DNA of 64,000 nt, taken from assembly GCA_963825055.1 (NCBI GenBank), contig CAWGSK010000009.1:32001-96000 (forward strand), given 5' to 3'. Both the position numbers and the translations under genes were made by a program. Below, piece by piece: positions 30,640-37,161 of this stretch (positions within the stretch are counted from its first letter, which is position 1; every line of letters begins with the position of its first letter). Under the pieces are notes generated by a model. That model did not search any database. It saw nothing but the letters and a program-made list of their open reading frames with translations, and was not told the origin of the DNA. The DNA comes from an uncultured Gemmatimonadales bacterium. Its GTDB lineage: Bacteria > Gemmatimonadota > Gemmatimonadetes > Gemmatimonadales > GWC2-71-9.

Positions 30640-30787
30640 GCAGACGTCCGGCTGTCCGCCGGACAGGAAAAGTGGCAGGTCGAAGAAGAGTGGAGCGGGC
30701 GCTCGGCCCGTTTCCAGTGACTCAGGGGGCGACCTGTCACCTCTCTACGCCAGCGGCCCGTGCATCGCACGGGCCGCTGGCATTTTC
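30640..30787 (+). ncRNA. Candidate sigma-54-dependent small RNA (~148 nt, three stem-loops)
   Basis: Starts 12 nt after the -12 GC. SL1 30646-30664; SL2 30672-30740 with inner stem 30691-30716; SL3 terminator 30749-30787. No credible ORF. Confidence 0.62.
30749..30787 (+). terminator. Rho-independent terminator
   Basis: GCCAGCGGCCCGTGC-ATC-GCACGGGCCGCTGGC, a perfect 15-bp stem followed by ATTTTC. Confidence 0.8.
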
Positions 30788-30806
30788 ACCTGCGGGGGCC
30801 GGGGGG

Positions 30807-32912
30807 TCAGTGGCGGATGGTCTCGTGTTTCACGAGCAGGGTCTTGAGTCGCTCCACCTCCGAGCGCAGCTCCGCGAGGTCGGCGTCCATCCGTTCGAGC
30901 GAGCGGATCATGTCACGCACCTCAACCGGGGATCCGGCCACGGACTCCGGTGCGGGAACCGCGGCATCGGGACGGGCCGCATCCACGCCGCGACGCCGCG
31001 GCTCGATCAGGAACGTCCACACCAGCGCCGCCACAAGCAGGACCACGAGCATGCCCTGCACTGTGAGCGATTCGACGGTGGGGTAGATCCCGAGCGCCGG
31101 CACCCTGGGGCCACGGGGAACGATCGTAAGCGGGACAAGGCCGCCTTCCTGGAGCTCGGCGATGCCCTGCCCCGCAAACACGAAGGCCATGTAGTAGAGG
31201 AACCCGCCCGTCAGGCCGAAGAAGGGCTTGAGCGGCAGGCGCACACCGAACCGGTTGATCGCGACATAGACCACGGCAAGCACGGCACCACCCGCCAGCA
31301 TGCCGGAGACGACCGGAACCGCCGCCGAGCCCGGGCCGCCGGCCACGAAGAGCGCCTTGTAGAACAGCACCGTCTCGAACCCCTCGCGATACACCGCCAG
31401 GAAGGCGACCGAGGCAAGGGCAAGCGCCGAACCGCTGGTCAGCGCGTCCTGCACCTTCCCCTTCACGAACCGGTTCCACTTGGCCACTTCCATCTTGGAC
31501 AGCAGCCAGTAGCTCACGTAGAAGAGGACGACCGTCGCCACGACCATCGTCAGGCCCTCCAGGGCCTCCCGGCGGGCGGGCGTGATCTCGATCAGGGTTT
31601 CGAGGACCGCGGCGGTGAGGAGGCTGGCCAGGATGGCGGCCCCCACGCCGATGTGCACGTCTCGCCGCCGGTGGCCTGCGCCCATCTTCACCAGCATCGC
31701 CACCAGCGCGCCGATGATGAGGATCGCCTCGAGCCCCTCGCGCAGCATGATCACGAATGACTGCGACATCAGGTTGAACCCCGAGAGGGGCTCCCCGATC
31801 GTGCGCTCCGCCTTTTCGAGGTCCGCCGCGAGCTGGAGGTTGATCGCGTGCAGTTCGCCCGCCGTCGCACCGCCCACGGCACGTGTGCGGAAGGAGGCGA
31901 AGCCGGTTTCCAGGTCGCCCACGAGGCCGGCATTTTTCGCCCGGACCCGCGGCTCCACCGCCTCGAACGTCATATAGGCATCGAACGCCATGCTGCTGGC
32001 CAGTTCGCCCCGGCCTGCCCGTGCCAGCGCGAACGCGCTGTCGAGTTGGGTGCGCACCGTGGCGAAGACCGCCTCGACCTCCCCGGTCTGTTCCGGAACT
32101 GCCTGGACGCTCCGTACCGCGGCCACAACCGCCAGGGCGCTGTCCGTTCCCTGCATGCCCAGGGCTTCCACGAGCTGGCTGTCGGTCATGCGGGCCGTGG
32201 TGCTGAACGGCATCAGCGCAACCGGCACGCGACCCCGCGGAGCGGGGAGCCGCAGCAGCGATGCGTAGAGCGCCGCCGCCCAGCGGTCGTCCGCCGGCAG
32301 GCGCGTCTCGAACGCCGGCATGGCCGTCCCGGCGACACCGATGGTCACGCGGTGGTAATAGTCGAGGGGAGAGACGCCGGTCAGGCTGGCGGCGCTGGTC
32401 AGGTCGGCGGGGGGCGGGTCAAGAGTGGCGGCCTGGGGTCCGTCGCCCGCGCCAAGCGTGCCGTGGCAACTGGCGCAGTTCGCCTGGTAGACCTCACTGC
32501 CCCGGGCCAGGCTCGGCGTCTGCGCCGGAATCTCGTTCATCGCCACGCCGAAGCGGTCAGCCAGATCGTTGGAAAGTGCGGCGGCTCGCATCGCCACCGA
32601 GTCCGCGGGTGCGATCCGGTCCACCATGGCGAGCAGGGTATCCAGCCCGGCCGTGACCTCGTGCGCCGCCCCGCCGGGCAGCAGCCCTGCGGTCCGGCGG
32701 GCTTCGTTCAGGAAGAGCGAGGCTTCCTCCACTTCGGCCCGGGCGATGACTTTCCCATCACGGACCCCCAGGCCGTACTCCTGGGCGGCAAGCCCCGCCA
32801 TGGCCGCCAGGCGGCGCACGACCGGGGCCTGATCCTGCGCGACGGCCGACGCGGCGCCGATGGTCAGCGCCGCGCCAACGAAAATGGAGTGGACCACGAA
32901 CTTGAGATTCAT
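30807..32912 (-). CDS. Cytochrome c / FTR1-family iron permease (PbrT/EfeU-like)
   Basis: Signal peptide, CASCH heme motif, two RExxE motifs (REGLE, REGFE), TM region; start ATG 32912 or TTG 32918. Confidence 0.9.
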   Translation of the reverse strand: MNLKFVVHSIFVGAALTIGAASAVAQDQAPVVRRLAAMAGLAAQEYGLGVRDGKVIARAEVEEASLFLNEARRTAGLLPGGAAHEVTAGLDTLLAMVDRIAPADSVAMRAAALSNDLADRFGVAMNEIPAQTPSLARGSEVYQANCASCHGTLGAGDGPQAATLDPPPADLTSAASLTGVSPLDYYHRVTIGVAGTAMPAFETRLPADDRWAAALYASLLRLPAPRGRVPVALMPFSTTARMTDSQLVEALGMQGTDSALAVVAAVRSVQAVPEQTGEVEAVFATVRTQLDSAFALARAGRGELASSMAFDAYMTFEAVEPRVRAKNAGLVGDLETGFASFRTRAVGGATAGELHAINLQLAADLEKAERTIGEPLSGFNLMSQSFVIMLREGLEAILIIGALVAMLVKMGAGHRRRDVHIGVGAAILASLLTAAVLETLIEITPARREALEGLTMVVATVVLFYVSYWLLSKMEVAKWNRFVKGKVQDALTSGSALALASVAFLAVYREGFETVLFYKALFVAGGPGSAAVPVVSGMLAGGAVLAVVYVAINRFGVRLPLKPFFGLTGGFLYYMAFVFAGQGIAELQEGGLVPLTIVPRGPRVPALGIYPTVESLTVQGMLVVLLVAALVWTFLIEPRRRGVDAARPDAAVPAPESVAGSPVEVRDMIRSLERMDADLAELRSEVERLKTLLVKHETIRH

Positions 32913-32918
32913 TCTCAA
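32902..32918. promoter_or_regulatory. Putative Fur box overlapping the start of the FTR1 gene
   Basis: Palindrome TTGAGA-N5-TCTCAA; minus strand TGAGAAT-G-AATCTCA resembles the 7-1-7 Fur consensus TGATAAT-N-ATTATCA. Confidence 0.7.
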
Positions 32919-32979
32919 CCAGTTTTTGCCAAGTTGAGTAGAACCTAGGCGAAAGCTGCGGACATGGGAAGGGACCGGG

Positions 32980-33378
32980 TCAGGATTCGTCGCGGAGCGA
33001 CTGGATCGCTACCACCGCACCGGCCGTCCGGGCGGAGTGGCTGAGGGAGACCTGCACGTGAAAGGGGCCATGCTCCCGGGCAAGGCGGGAGGCGAGTCCG
33101 TGGAGGACCATTGCCGGCCGACCCTCGCTGTTGCGGACCACCTCGAGATCCTGCCAGCCGACTGCCCGCGCGTCGGGCAGCGTCTGCAGCGCCTTATAGG
33201 TCGCCTCCTTGGCGGCGATCCGCACGGCCACATGCCCGGCGGGCGACTCGCGGGTGGACACGAAGGCCAGCTCGTCAGGCGTCAGCAGCTTGTTGAGCGC
33301 GAGATCTCCCTTCCGCTCGAGCATGCGCTCCACCCGCTCAATGTCCACCAGGTCGATGCCGATGCCAACCAGTCGCAT
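32980..33378 (-). CDS. acpS: Holo-[acyl-carrier-protein] synthase
   Basis: GIGIDLVDIER, AAKEA..KAL, GRP, VSLSH. Confidence 0.92.
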   Translation of the reverse strand: MRLVGIGIDLVDIERVERMLERKGDLALNKLLTPDELAFVSTRESPAGHVAVRIAAKEATYKALQTLPDARAVGWQDLEVVRNSEGRPAMVLHGLASRLAREHGPFHVQVSLSHSARTAGAVVAIQSLRDES

Positions 33379-34130
33379 CAGCCGCCTCCCGCCAGGCGCC
33401 AGAACCCGTCCACAACCGGGGCGAACCACCCGGGATACGGCAGCAACCCGCCGAGGACGAGGCCAAGCCATCCCGCAAGCAGGAAGACCGCCCCCGTGAT
33501 GAGCCAGAGCGGGAGGCGGGGTCGCCGCCACTGCCGGGCCGCCTCCACCTCCGGTGCCCAGATGGACCACTCGCGCTCCGTGGCGGCCTCCAGGGCAATC
33601 CACGCGGCCTCGAGCCTGCGCGCCACCCGGAGCAGCGCATCACCCCAGCGTGCGGCGGCCGCCACCGGCGCCTTCTTCACGGCCGCACCCGCCAGGTCGA
33701 GCTCATCCAGCGCCTCGATGAATTCCGCCCCCGCGCTCCCGAACCGGGTCGCGGTGACGTGGACCTCCTCGGCGGTCGGCAGAATGCCTTCCACCATACG
33801 ATCGGGCATCCGGCTCTCCAGCACCGCCAGCCGGATACGCCGCGCGACCTCGTCGGTGGCCCGTTCGGCGGCGGCATGCGCCGCCCGGTCCCAGGCGGCA
33901 ACCCACATCTCACGCCCGAGCGCGTCAACCGCAGCCGCCGGATCACCGGTGTCGCTCCAGCTGCGGGCCTCCGCCTCGGCCTCGAAGATCCGGTGTACCA
34001 TCGCCACCCGCAGGTCGGCGAGGGCGAACCAGCGCGCGACCTCCCGCCGCCCGGGAGACCGCCCCGTCACCACCCGGCCCAGTGACGGGCCGAGCTGCGG
34101 AACGGGAAGAACCGCCGTCTCCCCTACCAC
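33378..34130 (-). CDS. Hypothetical helical protein with C-terminal TM segment
   Basis: Fills the gap between HAD and acpS with overlapping start/stop; GTG start at 34130 is inferred. Confidence 0.65.
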   Translation of the reverse strand: MVGETAVLPVPQLGPSLGRVVTGRSPGRREVARWFALADLRVAMVHRIFEAEAEARSWSDTGDPAAAVDALGREMWVAAWDRAAHAAAERATDEVARRIRLAVLESRMPDRMVEGILPTAEEVHVTATRFGSAGAEFIEALDELDLAGAAVKKAPVAAAARWGDALLRVARRLEAAWIALEAATEREWSIWAPEVEAARQWRRPRLPLWLITGAVFLLAGWLGLVLGGLLPYPGWFAPVVDGFWRLAGGG

Positions 34131-34822
34131 AGGATCGCTTCCAGCACGGCCTGCGTGTCGGCCATGTCCTCGAACACCGCATAGGCCCCGGCCTCGCGCA
34201 GGGCCCCGGCGGGGTACGAGCCCGTGGCCACAGCCACCGCGCGCGCGCCGATTCCCGCGCCGCACGTCACGTCCGCCGGCGTATCCCCGATGATCACGAC
34301 CTCCTCCCCGGAAGGAACGCGACCGAAGTGGGGTCGCGCGCGCTCCGCGGCAATTCGTGGGAGTTCCGGACGGTGACGGGAGTCCGACCCGTATGCGCCC
34401 ACCACGAACCGCGCCGGCGCAATACCGCCGGAGCGAAGCTTGAGGACCGCCCCCTCGCGGAGGTTCCCCGTGAGGAGTCCCAGCACCACGCCGGACTCCG
34501 CCTCCAGCCGGTCGAGCAGGGCGGGGATGCCAGGCATGACGGTGGTGCGGTGATCGGCGCGCTGGAGTTCCGCCTCGAGGTGCGCGAGGTAGCGGAGACA
34601 GAGCTCGTGCAGGATCGCCTGCTCCGGTTCGCCGCTGCGGCCGGTGGCCGCGAGCAGCTCGCAGAGAATCTGGGGGTCGGTCTTCCCGTCGAAGCGAACG
34701 GTATCCACCGCATCACAGCCGGCGATCTCGCCCGCGAGCGCGGTCAGAATCGCCCTCCGGCCGGCGCCCGCCGAGAGCAGGAGCGTCCCGTCGATATCGA
34801 AGAGCACGAGGCGGGTCTTCAC
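34124..34822 (-). CDS. HAD-superfamily hydrolase
   Basis: LFDIDGTLL, LLTGN, IIGDTPADV. Confidence 0.88.
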   Translation of the reverse strand: MKTRLVLFDIDGTLLLSAGAGRRAILTALAGEIAGCDAVDTVRFDGKTDPQILCELLAATGRSGEPEQAILHELCLRYLAHLEAELQRADHRTTVMPGIPALLDRLEAESGVVLGLLTGNLREGAVLKLRSGGIAPARFVVGAYGSDSRHRPELPRIAAERARPHFGRVPSGEEVVIIGDTPADVTCGAGIGARAVAVATGSYPAGALREAGAYAVFEDMADTQAVLEAILW

Positions 34823-35583
34823 GCGACCCTCCGGACGGCGACCAGGCGTTCGCGGAGCGCCGCGGCCCTGGTTCCCGGCAGCCATGATTCCTGCACACAG
34901 CCCCCGCAGGAGATCGTCGAATGGACGAGGGTGCCGTCGAGGCCGGCAAACGCGACATGCGTGATCCGGCCGGCATCGCCATTGAAGAAGAGCAGGTCGC
35001 CCGGCCTTATCGCCTCCATCGGGACCGGTTCACCCGCCGTCACCTGCTGTGAGGAATCACGTGGCATGGCGATCCCGCGCGCGGCATAGGTGGACTGGAC
35101 CAGTCCGGAACAGTCCACCCCCCATGGTGTGAGGCCGCCCCATTGATATGGCGAGCCGAGGAAGTGCCGGGCGGCCCACGACTCGGGTGTGAGGCCACGC
35201 GCCCGCGTCCGCGCTTCCTCCATGGTCACGACACTGCCATCGACGCATCGGCCGGTCCTGCCGTCCGGCAGTTCCCAGCCATCACCCGTGGGCGCCAGCC
35301 GCGCGCGCAAGGGGACGGGCTGGCGGAGGCCGTCGACCTCCAGTCCTGCTCCCTCGCTCCATCCGGTGGCCCGGGCATCCCAGCCATCGGGGGTCGGGAT
35401 CAGGTATCCACCGTGGATCCAGCCCGGGTAGTGGTCGAAGGCCGTCTCGATCCGGCACCACTCCTCGCGCCGCTCCATGACGACGGCCGACTCGCCGAGC
35501 ACGAGCTGGCTCACCTGTTCCGTGCGGACGGAAGGCTCCCGGAAAATCGGGCTGACGGGCGCGCGGCCTGTGACGGCATCCAT
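34819..35583 (-). CDS. SH3b + NlpC/P60 (C40) peptidoglycan peptidase
   Basis: GSPYQWGG..GVDCSGLV, PGDLLFF, ITHVA, VHS. Confidence 0.88.
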   Translation of the reverse strand: MDAVTGRAPVSPIFREPSVRTEQVSQLVLGESAVVMERREEWCRIETAFDHYPGWIHGGYLIPTPDGWDARATGWSEGAGLEVDGLRQPVPLRARLAPTGDGWELPDGRTGRCVDGSVVTMEEARTRARGLTPESWAARHFLGSPYQWGGLTPWGVDCSGLVQSTYAARGIAMPRDSSQQVTAGEPVPMEAIRPGDLLFFNGDAGRITHVAFAGLDGTLVHSTISCGGCVQESWLPGTRAAALRERLVAVRRVA

Positions 35584-35617
35584 GCGTGATCCTGGGGGCG
35601 AAGCGGAAGGAGCCGGG

Positions 35618-35800
35618 TCAGCCGGCGGGCGGCGGGGCGGTCTGTCGCTTTTGGCAGGCCTGGCAGCGGACGATACCACGCAGCGTACAGATGAGGCAGA
35701 TGAAGGTACCGCAGTCCGCGCACGGGTAGCCCTCCGACGCGCGCTCCTCCCGCTCGCAGGAGCGGCAGACCATGGCATCGTGTTCATGCGGCTTGTTCAT
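35618..35800 (-). CDS. Small 8-cysteine (4x CxxC) putative zinc-finger protein, 60 aa
   Basis: CRSC, CADC, CLIC, CQAC; GGAGG SD 5 nt before ATG 35800. Confidence 0.75.
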   Translation of the reverse strand: MNKPHEHDAMVCRSCEREERASEGYPCADCGTFICLICTLRGIVRCQACQKRQTAPPPAG

Positions 35801-35814
35801 CAGCGCCTCCACTG

Positions 35815-37161
35815 TCAGACCGGTATGTTGTACCGCTTGATCTTGTTGATCAGCGTGGCCCGCGAGATGCCAAGTTCGAGAGCAGACCGCGTGCGGTTGC
35901 CGTTGTGATGGCGCAGGGTGCGCTCGATGTGCTGGTGCTCCAGCTCGTCGAGCGTGAGCGGCATGTGGCGGCGGTCGCCCGGCCCGCTCCGCGCCCGGAA
36001 CTCACCCGGCAGGTGCTCGATCTGGATCTCGGGCTTTCCGTGGGCCAGGATGAGCGCCCGCTCCAGGACGTTCCTGACTTCCCGGATGTTGCCCGGCCAG
36101 TTGTAGGCCAGCAGGCGCTCCAGCGCCTCCGGCGCGATGGTGACAGGCCCGCCCGACACCTGTGTCCGGAGATCCTGCATGAGCCGGGTGACCAGCCCGA
36201 TCCGGTCCTCCTCGCTCCGGTCCCGGAGGGGCGGCAGGTGGAGGGGCATGACACTGAGCCGGTAGTAGAGGTCTTCCCGGAACCGGCCCGCCTCCACCTC
36301 CGCGGCCATGTCGCGCGGGGTCGCGGCGATGATCCGGACATCCACGTTCACTTCGCGGCTTCCGCCCATCCGGCGGAACGAACGCGTCTCCAGCACCTTG
36401 AGCAGCCTGGGCTGGATCTCAAGGGCCAGCCCGGCAACATCCTCCAGAAAGACCGTTCCGCCGTCGGCCAGTTCGAACAGGCCCTGGCGACGGTCGGTGG
36501 CTTCGGGCACCGCCCCCTGCTCGTGCCCGAAGAGCTCGCTCTCGAGGCTCGCCGGGTTGACCCCCGAGACACTCACCTCGATGAACGGGGCCGCGGCGCG
36601 GGGGCTCAGGTTGTGGATCATCCGCGCGACCCAGCCCTTGCCGGTGCCGCTTTCGCCCACGAGCAGCACCGCCGTGCGGTCACTCTGCGCCAGCAGCGTG
36701 ATCTGCCGGGCCAGCTCCAGCATGGCAGGCGACGAGCCCAGTGACTCGAGCACGTGGCCCGCGGACCCGTGCGAGAGGAGCAGCTCGTTCACCCGCCGGA
36801 GCCGGACCTTGTCGGATGCACGCGCCACCGCGGCGCCAAGGTGCTCGAGGTCCACGGGCTTGGTGAGGAAATTCTCCGCGCCGAGCTGCATGGCGCGCAC
36901 GGCCGTCGCGATGTCCGCCTTGCCCGTCAGCAGCACCACGGCGGCGCCGCGATCCCGGAGCCGCTCCAGCACCTCCATGCCATCCATGCCCGGGAGGCCC
37001 AGGTCCAGCACTACGACCTCGGGCCGGAGCCGGTCGTACGTCTCCAGCCCCGCCTCGCCGGTCAGTTCCCGCGCGACCTCCAGGCCCTTGCGCTCGAACC
37101 AGGTGCCGATGGTGCGGAGGACGTCGGCATCGTCATCGATCAGCAGGACGGCATCAGACAT
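35815..37161 (-). CDS. NtrC/AtoC-family response regulator (REC-AAA+-HTH) with degenerate GAFTGA and Walker B
   Basis: IDDD/LDLGLP/KP receiver; GESGTGK; ESELFGHEQGAVPEA; FREDLYYRL; WPGNIRE; C-terminal Fis-type HTH. Confidence 0.92.
   Translation of the reverse strand: MSDAVLLIDDDADVLRTIGTWFERKGLEVARELTGEAGLETYDRLRPEVVVLDLGLPGMDGMEVLERLRDRGAAVVLLTGKADIATAVRAMQLGAENFLTKPVDLEHLGAAVARASDKVRLRRVNELLLSHGSAGHVLESLGSSPAMLELARQITLLAQSDRTAVLLVGESGTGKGWVARMIHNLSPRAAAPFIEVSVSGVNPASLESELFGHEQGAVPEATDRRQGLFELADGGTVFLEDVAGLALEIQPRLLKVLETRSFRRMGGSREVNVDVRIIAATPRDMAAEVEAGRFREDLYYRLSVMPLHLPPLRDRSEEDRIGLVTRLMQDLRTQVSGGPVTIAPEALERLLAYNWPGNIREVRNVLERALILAHGKPEIQIEHLPGEFRARSGPGDRRHMPLTLDELEHQHIERTLRHHNGNRTRSALELGISRATLINKIKRYNIPV

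Noticed and set aside
30532..30720. Small ORF (MSVPDPP.../MYFYYNDL...) in the lgt-FTR1 gap
   Set aside because: Begins upstream of the sigma-54 promoter, runs through terminator and promoter motifs, has atypical AT-rich codons and no SD.
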